A stretch of DNA of 64,000 nt from the NCBI RefSeq assembly GCF_964194155.1, contig NC_135894.1:13764001-13828000 (forward strand), read 5' to 3'. The notes beneath the pieces were generated by a model. It was not told where the DNA came from. It saw only the letters and a list, made by a program, of their open reading frames with translations, and ran no database searches. The DNA comes from Cetorhinus maximus. Its lineage: Eukaryota. Made by a program: the position numbers and the translations under genes. The first letter of the stretch is position 1. The number at the start of each line of letters is the position of its first letter. This document shows, piece after piece, positions 12,574-26,752 of this stretch.

Positions 12574-13227
12574 GGGATATGGGGATAGAGCACGAAGATG
12601 ATAAGGTAGAAGATCAGCCATGACCTCGTTGTATGGCAAAGCAAGCTCAAAGGGCAAACGGCTCTTATGTTCTTATGGCTCCAAATGTAATTGTGTGGGA
12701 ATGGGAAGAGAAACCATTGCAGAAGGTTTTTCGGCCATGATTAGACAGATAGCAATTGAACCAGGTAAGAACAGTGCCGCTCAATTTGGCAATAGAGCAG
12801 AGATGTAGGAAGATTGTGTGGTCATTTAAGTCAAAAAAGCCTGCATACAGATCGCGAAGGATGAGGGAGGAAAGTTTACCGTGATCACAGTCACATAAGA
12901 TGTTTTTGTATCCTTTATAATAGTGGTTTCAGTGCATGGCAATAGAGGAAACTTTATTGGAGGGGTTCAAACATGAAGTTGTTAGGAAGATAGGTGCACG
13001 TTTGGACAACACACTCAAGGATTTTGAAAGGCAAGGGAAGTTGGAGATGGAGCAGTAGTGCAAGGTCAGAGAGATCAAGGGTGTATTTTTTGAGGTTGGG
13101 GGTAATGATGGCAGATTTGAAAGAAGACAGAACCAGAAGGGAAGGAACCATTAACAATATCAGCTAGCATTGGGACCAGGAAATGAAATTGGGGTGATCA
13201 GCAGTTTGGCAGCAATAGGGTCAAGGA

Positions 13228-13656
13228 ATTTAGAAGAGTAAGAGGCGACTTAATTAAAACCTTTAAGATCCTGACGGGTCTTGACAGGGTGGATGAGGAG
13301 AGGATGTTTCCTCTTGTAGGAGAATCTAGAACTAGGGGCTCACTGTTTAAAAATAAGGGGTCGCTCATTTAAGACAGAGATGAGGAGAAATTTTTTCTCT
13401 CAGAGGGTTGTCAGTCTTTGGGACTCTCTTCCTCAAAAGGCGGTGGAAGCAGAGTCTTTGAATATTTTTAAAGAGAAGCTAGATAGATTATTGATTAACA
13501 AGGGGGTGAGAGGTTATCGGGGGTAGGCAGGAATATGGGGTTGAGGTTACATTCAGATCAACCATGATCTTATTGAATGGCGGAGCGGGCTCGAGGGGCC
13601 GAGTGGCCTACTCCTGCTCCTAATTCGTATGTTCATATGTGTGCATGTATGTATGT
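13228..13656 (+). mobile_element. CR1 LINE 3' end nested in L2
   Basis: tttagaaga..agaggcgacttaatt, tctcagagggttg, ccatgatcttattgaatggcggagc, and a (tatg)n tail. Confidence 0.85.
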
Positions 13657-15049
13657 AGGAGGCAAGTCTCATGGATAGGATGAGGTTGGAGAGAGTATGA
13701 GGAGAGATGGAAGAAAAACTAGAGAAAGATACAAGTTCGAAACCAGAATGCTTTTACTGGGCCAAAGAGAATGCAGCTCAGAGTTTCAAGGTGACTGTAA
13801 ACCAGAGAACAAGGTCATTAGCCATGGAATATCTGTGGCATATATTCTTAAAGTTCTTGCCTACATACAAGTAAACATACCTCAAGTACACACATGACAG
13901 AGATACAATATTAGGTGTTGTTGTTTCAGCCCGATTAGACAGAAAACACTTCAATTTATTATGTGCTTTTCAAAACTTTAGGATATCCCAAAGCAATTTG
14001 CAAGCCATTCAGATGATTCTGAAGCAAGAATGCTACCATTGCGCCAACACTGACACTTTGTCTGCAGCTGATGGGAGCATGTTTGGCTGTTAAAGACAAC
14101 TGAAGATTTCTACTGAAGGGGTTTGCAAAGGTGCCAGCAGCAAGAGGAAAATTCTGCAGTACCTTTTTTTAATGTGGCTAGCAGAAGAATTCTTGTAGCA
14201 CATATCTGATGTTGGAAATAAATTTAGTACTCATCGAGGTATGTGAAGTTGGTATTGGGGAGTGGAACTCTTTCCTACTTTTGGGCAGCACTATGCACAG
14301 CCAGAGCAGGTTAGATGTAAAGCAAAGTTTCATTCACAATGTTCCATTGAAAAAAGTCATAGTTGAATCATTTGACAGGGCTAATAAGGAGGGAGACATG
14401 GAGTTAAAAGCAAATTTTGGAAATAGACAAAAGATCAATTAACATCAGGAGAAAACATGTTGCGGTGGAGACCCTTTGCTAGAACTCAACAATTGAACAA
14501 TTGTTTTTTGTATAAAAATAGCAGTAAATGGGAAAGCAACATTGGTACTATTAGGATGAGATGCTTGATTATATATATACAAATTATACATATTACATTT
14601 AAGAGGAAATAGCAATATTTAGGATAGTTAGCATATATGAAGTTATTCCTAAATTTAGGAAATTTGGGATGAAGACTTATGAAACTACAATTGTTGTTGG
14701 AAGTTTCAGCTACATTTGTCTTTATTTCTAGTCATAATGGTCTTTATTTCCCTGGATTATGATAACCACCTGAGTCTTGTAACCTGTTTGGAGACTCGTT
14801 ACCCCTCTCCTACTATAATGAGGTGGAATGTGCAGATTGTTAACGGTAATGGACGTGGAAGTAGAAGAGGAAGATGTGATTAGTGGTGTTCAAAAATAAA
14901 AATATTTCCATTACCCCAAGCATTGAGTCGATTCGAAACGAAACAGAGAAGCGTGTATAAATTTGAAATCTATCATGACGCCTCAGCACACAAGCTTGAG
15001 GGGACGTGGTGGTTTGCTGTATTTCCAGTAAAAGCCTTGCTTGATAAGG

Positions 15050-15451
15050 TGAGAGTGAGTGGCTGGAGGAGGGTGCTGAGGGTTTTACGAGAGATGGAAG
15101 GGACTGATTCCCAATGGGCGGGGATGTGGATGTGGATGTGATTGTGGTGGGGCGCTGCGTGCGCAGCCTGTCACCTCTCCTGCCCTCGGCAGCGGTGAAG
15201 GAGCCACTGGGATCACAATCCACATCCAGGCAGACCCCACATCAAACAACACGCACCATTAGAGAGATATATATATATATATTTATAGATATATATATAA
15301 ACAAACACCCCTATCAACAAGCCAGGCTGGGAAGGAGATGTAACCAGAGGGAGCTGCTGCACACACAGTGCAAGGCGAGGCTGCTGCTGCTGCTGTATAA
15401 ATACTGTATCTTCTGTAGCTTGAAAAATCGGGGATGAATGAAGACAGGAAG
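15050..15451 (+). promoter_or_regulatory. Candidate first exon, possibly encoding MNEDRK, ending at a consensus donor
   Basis: GC-rich start, TATAAAT at ~15396, ATG at 15434, AAG|GTAAGT with GT at 15452. CpG-rich DNA continues to ~17.7 kb. Confidence 0.55.
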
Positions 15452-16199
15452 GTAAGTGTCAAAACAAAACATGGACGGGAATCCTTCACTTGAAAAAAGA
15501 GCCAATGTCACCAAATATCCAGTGTTCAGCAAGCAGTCTGATACATTGTCACCCAGACTGTGCATAAGGAATTGGGAGGCAAGGGTTCTCTCTCTCTCTC
15601 TCTCTCTTCATCCCTGTGTTTGTGAGAAAATGTTATTTATTTATTTTTATAAAAAATTCATATCTCACATTTCCAGGTATTGCTGGCGATTCTGTGTCTC
15701 TCTCCACCCCCTCCTTCAAAGGGTCCGTCAGTTTATTTCCCTCCCGCTGTTAATGAAAAGTCAAACCGTTTGGCCTTACTTTCTTTTGTTGGAGGGGGAT
15801 TATATGAGGGTTAGGTCAACCCGAGTCGCGGTCTTGTGAAACCCCCCCCCCCCCCCCCAGCTCTTCCCTTTGCCGTCTGCGTGAAAAGGACGTGTTGATG
15901 TTCGCTGGCTCCTGATAACGCGGCGCGAGATCCCATTAATCCGGCCTTGACCAGATACCAAAATGCCTTTTTTTTTTCCCCCCCAAACTGACCAACCAGG
16001 CCAATTCACCTTGCTCCCGATCACTAATCCCCGGCAAATTCCCTGAGGGAAGTGCGTTCCGTTTAGTCATCGACTTAAAAAAAAACATCATTGGAAACAT
16101 TGAGTGAAACAATAAAGGGAATTTATCGAAAGCCTCCAGGCGCCACAGCTTTATATAAAACAATTTGATTAGAGATTTGAAAATCTCCCACATACATAT

Positions 16200-16677
16200 A
16201 CATACATGAAGCAGTGTGAGTTGCTTACTGTAATGTTGGAGACTGAGAGGATCCTGTCAGTGACTGGCTACTGCTGCTCTGGGAACTGTGTTGACAAACA
16301 AGAAGCTACATTTGTCTTCACTGTAACTGTATCTCTCTCTCTCTCTCTCTCTCTGGAGTGGGCGAATGTGTGGCGTCTGCAGCCAGAGTTTACACAAGAC
16401 GCCTTCCAAAAACACCTACAAAAAATCCCCTCCTTCCATTATTATCGCCGGAGGTGCTGTTGATCGATTTACAGAACAACCCCCCCCCACCCAAAACAAA
16501 AACCCCCACCCCAGCGTTTTTATTAACATAAACCTAAATTTACTGTCGATTTTCAAAGCAGCGTTGGAAACATCGCGATGTGCGGCAGGAATTTTTTTTT
16601 TGGTTTTCTCTCTCGGTTTCCATCACGTTCAGTTTGTTTGGATTGAACACTCTTCCATTTAAGCTGCATGTTTCCAG
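16200..16677 (+). other. Candidate alternative 5' exon
   Basis: Consensus donor CAG|GTGAGT (GT at 16678) in the CpG-rich region, preceded by ATG TTT CCA G. The start coordinate is a guess. Confidence 0.4.
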
Positions 16678-18049
16678 GTGAGTGCGATATTGGCTGCAGG
16701 GATATATTCCCCTCCCCCCGCCCCAAATAGCTGAAGAAAATGATTATGTGTTTGTTCATTTTGATAATGGGGCCATAACAGGCTGGGTTTTTTTTAAAAT
16801 AAAAAAAATTTGATCAGCGAGTTTCTTTTACATGTTTTAATCTAGGAATGTAGCCTTAGACAAAAGGTTGATTATATAATGAGAGCATTTGGCGACAATT
16901 GGGTGTTTGAAAATACGGTACGAAATATCCCATGTTACTGCTCCGATGTAACTGCTTTGCCGGGTTTTTATTAGTGGTTGTTCGCGGTGTACACACAATT
17001 TACCTACCGTTTATTGCAACGTGGGAAGAGAAAAACCTTTTTGTTTGAGGGGAGCGAGGAAACCCCAAGCTTGGTTTAAGAGTACAGCGTGTGGGTTATT
17101 GGGAGGTGTGTTAAAAGCAAGTTAACCCTTTGAATTGTGACCAAAATGGACTACAAAGCAAAAGCGCCCTCTCCTTCAGAAGGCAGAACCGAACCTTTTG
17201 TACAGAGAAAGCACACATCCAGGGGCCGAATGGTTTAATGTTGAAAGAGCCTGGTAGATGGACTGTACTTAATTTCCTGCCTATTGTTTTTATTCGTAAC
17301 TGGCTCAAGAATGCCAGGTCAAATATTCATTTTAGACTTTAGGCATTTTGTAAATTTGGCAGTAGTTTAGACGTATTAGTGAATGATGAAAGCTGACCAG
17401 TTAGCAACAAAAACTCTTTTTTTTGCACACCTCATGGATCGATGGTGCCAATTCTAAGTTTGATAAGATTAGCAAAGCGGGAAACGTGGTCATGCCGAGT
17501 TCGATCACTCTGCAGTGAGGTCGATGGCTCAGGCAGACCGTAATTATTTTCTCTAAACATTTCCCGTTGGATAGTCAGCTGCTGTATTTCCCCACAAAAA
17601 AAAAGGTTCGTAGATGAGCTGGCTGTAATGAAGAGTTCATGCTCTGATAGCGAGACAGGGTGGCAGAAGGAAGGTGACCAGTGTTTGAGTGTTCTGGTGA
17701 CGGTCCTCCTGGGTCACCAGCCAAAACCAGGTGAAGGGAGTCAAGCTTTACCGTGTTGTGTTTTGCACTAAGGCTAACACGTGCTCAACAACAGCAAAGA
17801 GCCATTATTGAACACCTTTATACACACCTCCCCAACAGAGAGGACAGGATGGCAAAATGCTCGCCTATTACAATATACTACACTCCCTCCCCACTTAAAA
17901 ACAAACAACTTACTCATTAAAATGTAAATTGGTACATGTACATCATTTCACAGAGTACAGTATGACTAAACTAACATGGACAATACCTGAAAATTTAGCA
18001 GGTGGGGTTGCATATTTCTTTCCGCTGTAATCACAGTCAAAACGGATAT

Positions 18050-18872
18050 GACCAGTACTACTCAAAGATAAGGGGGAAAGTAAGTTGTGAAGAGGATGTA
18101 AAGTGTCTGAAAAGGGATTCAGTAGGTTAAATGACTGAGCAAAGAAATGACAGATGTGAGAAAATGTGAACTTGTCCACTTTGCCAGGAAGAATAGAAAA
18201 GCAGTATATTATTTAAATGGAGGAAGAATGAAAACACCATGGTACAGAGGGATCTAGGTGTCCTGGTTATTGAATCACAAAAAGTTAGTATGTAGGTACA
18301 GCAAGTGATTAGGAAGGCAAATTAAATATTGATATTTATTGCAAGGAGAATTGAATGTAAAAGTAGGGAAGTGTTGCTACAGCTGTACTGTGTACAGTTT
18401 TGGTCTCCTTACTTAAGAAAGGCTATAACTGCATTAGAATCAGTTCAGAGAAGGTTCGTTTGACTCATCCCTGGGATGAAGGCGTTATTTTATGAGGAAA
18501 GATTGAGCAGGCTGGGCCTATACCCATTGGGGTTAGAAGAATAAGAGGTGGTCTTATTGGAACATAAAAGGTCCTGAGAGGACTTGACAAGGAGACTTGC
18601 TGAGATGATGTTTTCCTTTTGAGGGAGTCTAGAACTAGGGAAAACAGTTTAAAACAGGGGATCTCCCATTTAAGACTGAGATGAGGAGAATTTTTTCCCT
18701 AGCGGGTCGATAGTCTGTGGAATTCTCTTCTGCAGAGACACTGGAGGCTGGGTCATTGAATGTATTCAAGGCAGAGTTAGAGATTTTTGATCCTCAAGGG
18801 AGTCAAGGGTTTCGGTGGGCAGACAGGAACGTGGGGCAGTATGGCCTAAATCTAGCTCCTAATTCTTGTGTT
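18050..18872 (+). mobile_element. CR1 LINE 3' fragment
   Basis: agggatctaggtgtcc, tactgtgtacagttttggtctcctta, gttcagagaaggttc, and the tail ctcctaattcttgtgttctt. Confidence 0.85.
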
Positions 18873-21800
18873 CTTCTTTTAATTTCTTTATTATCACTTC
18901 TACATATTGGTGAAAAGTATCTTTCATTAAAATAAATTCAAAGCTGCAGCAATTTAAAAGAGTTATTGGTCACCATTGCTGACAGAATTTGATTTGAACA
19001 CCCAAGTCCTCATGTGTGCACAGATTTAAATGCTTTTGCTCACTTTATGTTCATCTACTGATGAATCCTAATCTATGCAAATTATGTCATATGCAGTAGT
19101 TAATTAAAAAGATGTGACATATAATTAACTAAATTTTTTTAATACTTTGATAAAATATTGTACCATAAGTAATTGATTTAAGGTTAGAATAAGATGTATT
19201 TTGTATTTATTTGCATCACTTTCCTCCTCCCATCGCTTTTACTCGCACACTTCCCATTTTAGTCAGGACACCAGGTTAATCCATGCTGCAGCCTTCTGCA
19301 TGATGGGTGTAGATGTAGCTTCATTATAAACTTGTAAATCAGAACTGCATATAGCAGAGTGAAAGACAACAGTCAGACTTTCCACCTCTGAAAATGCAGT
19401 AAACTGCTCCTGTAAAGTTTGCGTTGGTTGAGGTTGGTGCATTTGGCCAGCTGACAATGTTAGGACTTAAGCATGCATCCTTTGAACTATAAAATATGCA
19501 TCTTAAACATCACCAGATCATTACAGAATAAAATAGTTGACAATCAACAAAAAAATACATTGAAAGGCGTGAGAGAGATTTAATTTACGCTTTATTAAAT
19601 GTAGCAATGGTTCCATTGTCATAGAGAGGATTAGAGTAATGCTGGATAAAAGTTTACAAATTATTAAATGTCATATCTTTGTGTCTTATTTTTGGTTTTG
19701 ATCATTTTTGGTAGACAGAATGTTGTCATCAGTGGATTGTAACGTAAGTAAAATTCAGAAACTGTAATAGAGCATCTTTCCCCACCTTGTTTTCCGTCCT
19801 GTAAATGAATTGAATCAGTTGGAAAAAAGGTCATGGTTCCAGAGAGTAAACTGAGGACTTGTCAGTTGTAATGAGTGTAGCAAAACCTATAAATCATAGC
19901 AGACTGTCTTGAACAGTTTTCTCTGCTCAGATGTGGGTATATGCGTGTGGTGGTTTGTCCACTGGGGGCAGTCTTATAGCCATAATTTTCTTACAAGTGT
20001 ACTAAGTGCTCATTTGAATAATTAACCTGAGCTTCAGTCTTGGACATGAGGTGGGAAGCAGCCTTTTTTGAGGGGGACAGGGCTGGTGGTGTTGGGTGGG
20101 ACGGGCTTGACTGTGAAAGATCTCACCAATAGCTCAAATTTAAAGAGACGCTGCTACTTAAAGATGAATGGCTACGTATGAAGGCAAGTAGTTTTCTGCT
20201 TTTGCTTAGGCTTACACTGGAACTGAAACATTTGTCAGGTCCAGCTCGGGCTCTGCTGTGGCTGTAGGTGAAGGGAGCAGGGTAGAAGGGGCTGAGCAAA
20301 TGCAAAATGAAAGGAAATTCAGTGTGAAGCATAGAAGTAAATTTCTGAGTAGGTGGCGGTGGGTAGTTCTCGCCCCCACCCCAAATTTGAAATGCAAGCA
20401 AAATGGACATGCTATTGGATAAGGTGGGTGTGAGAAAGGTTGCCCTTGTTCAGCATTCCATGTCACCATCCATGGGGACAATAATGCACCCTGTCTAACA
20501 GAAGATGGCAGCTAGGCTTAATAGTTTATATAGTATCTGCAGGACTTGGGAACAGCAGTGAGAGAACACTACACATTCAAAGGAATGTGGCATGCTAAGG
20601 CTACTAAACAGTACATTTTACTATGTCAGGGACCCAAGAACAGGTACAAAGTGTTGCTGGTCAGCTTGTTCCATATTTACTAGTTACACTTGGCTAGTCA
20701 TGCAGCTCTTACATTGTATCTTGTGGGTAGCCATTTCATTCCAAGGCACCAGTGTAACATTCTGCATTTAGAGCTCATATTAAGCTAGCCTTAGAGCTCT
20801 TTCATTATATTTTATGCATCCTTCCAAGTCACAACAGTAACACATGCCAAATCTGTCATTACATCCCATGTGTATTCATATTTGAACAAGGCTCAGTTAA
20901 AATGCAACATACAATTAAAAACCTTGCTGCACTTGCATCATCAGCAGGCTTTATAGAAAAACAATTGTTACACAACTTAAGCTCCATTATGCATGGTCAC
21001 ATGCTGACCCGTGGGGTGCAACACATCAGCCACTATGCAGGTGGATGCACCTTCAACTTTCATTCCAGAACTAACTTTCTGCTTGCAAGTCAAGGTAGAA
21101 CAAAAGCAAGGTCCTTCGCTTCTCTGGTATCTTAAAACGTGGAAGGAACAGGAAAAAGTGATGTATCAGATTAAGGCCTATGATCCTCTTTTGGTTTCTT
21201 TTTCTCTTTCTCACACATTCATAGACACAAGCATGTCAGTGCAAAATCTGCTTGAAGGTGTGTCAAGGAATCAGCATTCTAACATTTGCCCCTTTTCGGT
21301 CATTGTAAGCAGACTGAGCAAGGCAGTGCCACATAGCATCCTGTGTCCCTCTTATCAAAGTTTGCAAGCACCAACACAAGCTGCTTACATTCTGGAGGAT
21401 GCAAATGGTGAGCTTGAAAAGTAGTGTCAACTGAGGCAAGTGCATGAGTGAGGGGAAGCAGAGATGGTGGTGAAGAGGAGCAAGATCCAATGTTGCAAGA
21501 GTTTAAAGCAGTAATGACCCTTATGTTCACAGGAAGAACAACTCCAGCGATGTAGCTTGTCTGCAGATCAGTCTCGAGAGGGTGGTCTAGCTAAGGTACA
21601 GCCTCCTTTGTGAAGCACAGGTGATCCCTGAGATGCCGAATCTGGCTTAATAAATGTAGATTCTGGGGAAAGGATGTGTGCATACAGAACCTTTGATGTA
21701 CATTTGCCTTGCCTTCTTTGTCTGCTCAAAAATTGCTTTCTTAGCATAAACCTTGTGCGCCTGACCAGTTCTGCTATTTAAATGTTGGAGGCCCCCAATT

Positions 21801-22184
21801 GCATGACTCAATAAACTGTTTTTGTGCGGCGAATTATTGCTTGGACCAATAGTTGACCTGGTAACTCAATCTGAGCATCAGCCAGTTTGCTTAGATCATT
21901 AGTACTTCTGATGCAGAATTTGATCTAAGTAAATGCAGAAAAAAAACACAGTTGTAACCAATTGGGCAGGATTCTAAACTTTCTAGCAGTGTTTCTAATC
22001 CTCAGATTATTATACCCAGCAACAGTATGTGAAAAACTATTGCATCGCTGGCGAGGCATTTGAATGTCAAATGATATTGCAGGCTTGCCCCAAAATGCAT
22101 TTTGTGGGAGATTGAGACCAACTGCACCTCACTTTCCTGATTTAATCAATCAGTCAAGCTGTGGAAAATAACAAGTCAATAACT

Positions 22185-23375
22185 TCTGACATGTCTTCCT
22201 TTTTCCTTAACCAAGGGGTAGCCCACTCCCCCCGTCACCCCACTGTTGTTGACAGAGACCTCAACCATGTCCCACTCATCTCCCGCACTGCTGCTCTCAC
22301 CCCTTCTCCCTCCCAGAACCATGATGGGGTCCCCCTTGTCCTCACTTTTCACCCCGCCAGGCTCTGCATTCATAGGATCATCCTCCGCCATTTCCGCCAA
22401 CTCCAGCATGATGCCACCACCAAACATATCTTCCCCTGACCACCCCCTGTCAGCATTCCATAGGGACCATTCCCTCTGTGACACCCTGGTCCACTCCTCC
22501 ATCACCCTAACTCCTAATCCCCTCTCCATGGCCCCTTCCCATGCAATCGCAGAAGGTGCAACACCTGCCCCTTTACCTCCTCCCTCCAGACCTTCCAAGG
22601 CCCCAAACATCCCATTCAGGTGAAGCAGCACTTCGAATGCATATCCTTCAATTTGGTCTACTGTATTCACTGCTCCCAATGTGGTCTCCTCTACATTGGA
22701 GAGACTAAACGCAGGCTGGGTGACTGTTTTGCGGAACACCTTTGCTCAGTCTGCAAGCATGACCCCAGACCTTCCTGTCGCTTGCCATTTCAACACGCCA
22801 TCTTGCTCTCATGCCCACATATCCGCCCTTGGCCTGCTGCAATGTTCCAGTGAAGCCCAACTCAAACTGGAGGAACAGCACCTCATCTTCCGAATAGGCA
22901 CTTTACAGCCTTCTGGACTTAACATTGAGTTCAACAACTTCAGACCATGAACTATCTCTTCCATCTTTACCTCTTTTTAATCCAGTTGTTTTTTAATGTT
23001 AATTTTAATTCTTATCATTTATTTTTATTTATTTTTTCTCTCACTGATTTCTATGTAGTGCTTTCACAGTGTTGTTCTGCTATTAACAGATTCTGCTCTT
23101 ACCTTTATGCCACTATTATCACCTTCTTTAGTCTTTACCACTACCGTTAACACTCCCTTTGTCTTGTGTCCATGACATCTTTGTCAATCTCTCCTTAGCT
23201 CCCACCTATCCCTGACCTTCCATCTTGCTCCACCAGCCCCATCCCTTGTAAACAGTATAAAATCCATCACCTTTCTACTTCTCTTTAGCTCTTTAACTCG
23301 GAACATTAACTCTGTTTCTCTCTCTACATGCTGCCCTACCTGCTGAACTTTATGCTTTGTTTTTGAGACTTTTTG
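22185..23375 (+). mobile_element. Penelope-like element, 3' part (RT C-terminus, GIY-YIG endonuclease, pLTR)
   Basis: Frameshifted ORFs give VPLVLTFHP..IILRHF and NLVYCIHCSQCGLLYIGETKRRLGDCFAEHL..LPVACHFN..LEEQHLIFRIGTLQPSGLNIEF. The hammerhead core in the pLTR is partly deleted at ~23290. Confidence 0.9.
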
Positions 23376-25159
23376 TTTTTAAGTCAATAGCTGCCCTTGA
23401 TTTCCACCGTTCTATCAAATGGTAGGAAGCGAATGCATAAATATGTGATGATTAGAGATGACCTTTGCAGGGCAATAGATTACAGAACAGTTATTTTCTA
23501 ATGAAATAGATTTACAATGTTGTATTTTGGGTAAATTCTATGGTAGAACTTAAGTGGCATAGATTAGCAATTTTAATTTAATTGTATGAATCTACCCCGA
23601 TGTGAAATTGGCTTAGTTACTTCATAGTGTAGTGTTCAATACAAATTATATTCTTATCTTTTGATATTTTTTAACACTTCTATGTGACTAATGAACATTA
23701 GTGTAATTCAGTATTTGTATTACCAAGATTAACTGAGTACTTAGAGTTGGCACTGGTTGAGTGTGGCATTCGAGAAGCTGAACCTAATCAATCAGAAAGT
23801 GATTATGTGAGTGCCTCCGATGAAATGAATTACATTTTTCATCTGAGACTTTTGTTGTTTGTCAGCTAATACCTACATTTTAATAAAAATACCAAATGAT
23901 GGCAAAGCATAAATAAAATTAAGTGGTGTGAATAACTGACTCCCCTTGAGTCTGACATTTCTATTTATCACCTATATTTGTTCAGTTGCTGCTTTAGGAG
24001 TTCAACAGGTTTTGCTAAACACTATTTTGTCTGGCTGTTAGGGCATATGTTGTTTTCCGAATGTTAGAGGGACTGCTATTCTGCCAACTGATGGTATAAA
24101 ATCTTCAATGCCGTATGCTTTTAATTAAATCAATCCCTTAAATTTTTCTTAAAATTCCCAAAAAGGGATGGAGACACATGTGCCTCTCCATCAGTCCCAA
24201 TCACCCATAAACCGGTTTGAACTGTCCATTGGTACTGGACCTCATTACACATCAATTACTGGCTGACTGTGAGGGCTGGCAGGACATTGAGCTAAGCTAT
24301 GTATTTAAAGAATATATACTCCTGTGATAACAGCAATAAGTTTAATTATACAAAACCAGTATTAAGTAAGTTATCTAAATTAATGTTAGTAATGGTAAGA
24401 CGCCACAAAGACCAACTCAGTTTAGCACACGTTTCCTTACAATACATGTATACCCAAGTTATGTCCACGAATGTTCTTTGTAGGATTTGGCAACAAAATA
24501 CATTTCAGTATTTTTTATTGTTGCAGTTCATGCCATTTTCATGAAGCATGATCTGAACTAGTGAACCCAATCACGTTCTTTATCATTGCCATATGACTGG
24601 ACAGTAAACTGATTGCAAATTGAAAAAAAGCCTTGTTGCTTACTTTTTTTGAAAATGAAAATAGCAATTATATATGGAATTATAGATGATCACTGGTGAT
24701 TTACATATATTCACGTGACATTCATGTACAAACAAATCAAAGAAAGATTCCATGTACATGGAATCACTCAGAAATAGCGACATGGTAACAGGCCATTTGG
24801 TCCACCCACCCTGCGTTGGTATTTATCCCCCATGTGAGCATTTGTCCTAATCACATGTGTCTGATTGTTCCCAAATCTTATCTATCCTTCAGCCACCTAT
24901 CTGATCTATTATCCTTGCATCGTCCATTTATTTGAAATTTTGATCTGTTACTTTTGTTGTTGGAAAAAGGCTGGTTTCCTGAGAGGGCAAACTGACTGCA
25001 CAGAATAGAGCTCATTGGTAGTGACAAATAATGACTATGTTAAGTAATATGTGCATGGACATCCAATGTTAGAGATGAATAATTAAATGAACATGATTTA
25101 CACACTGAAACTGGAAGTAGAATATGAGGGTGTGACTTTTCAGAATCATTTCTTCAAAA

Positions 25160-25600
25160 AAAATTGCAGAAATCTGAAATAGCTGGAAATATTCAGCAGG
25201 TCAGGCAACATTTTTTTAATATTTGTTCATGGGATGCTAGCTAGGCCAGCATTTATTGTCCTTTGTTCAGGGAGCATTTAAGATTCGCCCACATTGTTGT
25301 GGGTCTGGAGTCACATGTAGCTCAGACCAGGTAAGGACAGCAGATTTCTTTCTCTAAAGATTAAATTATAATTTAATTTTTATTTCACCCATCTGTTGTG
25401 GTGGGATTTGAACCCAGGTCCCCAGAGCATTACCCTGGGTATCTTGAATACTAGCCAGTGACAATACCACTGTGCCACCACCTCCCCATGGAGCAAGAAG
25501 CAGAATTAACATTTCAGGTCAATGACTTCACACCGTGATCTGTTTCTCTCCACAGATGCAACCTGACCAGTTCAGTATTTACACCATTTTCTGTTTTCAC
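25160..25600. mobile_element. Fold-back Penelope pLTR remnant interrupted by a SINE (25212-25487, minus strand)
   Basis: Left arm gctggaaatattcagcaggtcaggcaacat; right arm acagatgcaacctgaccagttcagtattt; a near-complete SINE lies between them. Confidence 0.7.
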
Positions 25601-26501
25601 AGTTACATTTATATTCAGTTAAGCAGGATAACCATGTGAATTTTTCATGGCTTTGTAGTTCAAATTAAATAGATTTTATAAACATTGGTAGATAGATTTG
25701 TCAACTTTCTGTGACTGATTAATGTAAACTTTGCCATGTCTAGAACAATTATTGGCTTAAAAGTGTGCAACTAAGTGCTATGAATAATTGCCACATTTGT
25801 ATGGTCTTCAGTGCTTTTATTGGGACACTTGGCAAGTGTTAACTTTCACCCTATGTTCATTATTTATCTGACCTAACTTCTACAACCAAGTGGTCAGGGT
25901 GCCCCTTATATCTGGCCATCAAGAGATCCCACATAGTGCTCAGATTTGACTTCCTTTCTCTCCCTGCAGGGAGATGCTATGTTTACTCTGTGCTTAGAAT
26001 CTTATTGCCTGTCCCAGCTCAGATCAGGGATTAAAGGGAGCAGCACCCAGCCTACACCCATCCATGCTCTGTAGTACTGGATGCCACTGCCTTAGCAGCT
26101 AGGTTATGATCTTTGTGGCCATAATGTAAACCTTCACAGTTTGGTGTACACCACACCACCTTCCCGTTGGATCTCTGGTATTAGTATTTTAAGTGCCTTG
26201 TGCTAATGTTTTGTTGGTGTGGAACTTGGCACTTGATTTCTAGTGTAATGCTGTAAAGGTGATGTGAAGGACAAATGAGTATGTTAGTTGCACTCATTCA
26301 AATCTCATTCAATAATTGTGACAGTTGAGGGATGACCAGCTTGGCAACAACGGTGACAGGAAAACAGTAAAACCATTTTGGCACCCATTCTCTGTCACCA
26401 CACCATTTATATGGGAAAGATGGCAATGATATAAAACTGGTGAAATATTGATTAAAATAATAAAATGTTTGCCTGCCATGTGTCTTTTCTTCTGCCAAAA
26501 A

Positions 26502-26752
26502 CATAATGTGATCCTGATCCTGTACAGGAACACAATGTATTTGTGATGAGTTCATCTGCAATTTGGCACGAGTCCTGTTGTAACAACAAAAATAGAGCTT
26601 AGGGTGGATACCTACCAAATGAAATGTTTTGGTTTATTACATGTAAAAAAAAATAAGAGCCCATTGAATTTCTGTCTGTTGGAAGGGCCAAATTGCAGCT
26701 GAACCCATTACAAATACATTGTGTTCCTGTACAGGATCAGGATCACATTGTG
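26502..26752. repeat. Inverted repeat with 66-bp arms and 119-bp spacer
   Basis: 26502-26567 is the reverse complement of 26687-26752 with 4 differences, counted by eye. Confidence 0.9.

Larger units (their letters stand above)
11178..13740 (-). mobile_element. L2 LINE (decayed) with nested insertions
   Basis: 3' end aacaacctgcatttatatagtgc; minus-strand peptides FHMYDDDTQLY (RT YADD motif) and FKSAIITPNLKK..LPFKILECVV. Confidence 0.8.

Noticed and set aside
15434-15493. GPR12-like N-terminus (MNEDxKV)
   Set aside because: The unspliced frame stops after 19 codons, no 7TM ORF follows, and a consensus splice donor sits at the site.
21011-21424. 137-aa ORF
   Set aside because: No recognisable motifs and a non-ATG start; the region may be an old transposon remnant, but I cannot support a call.
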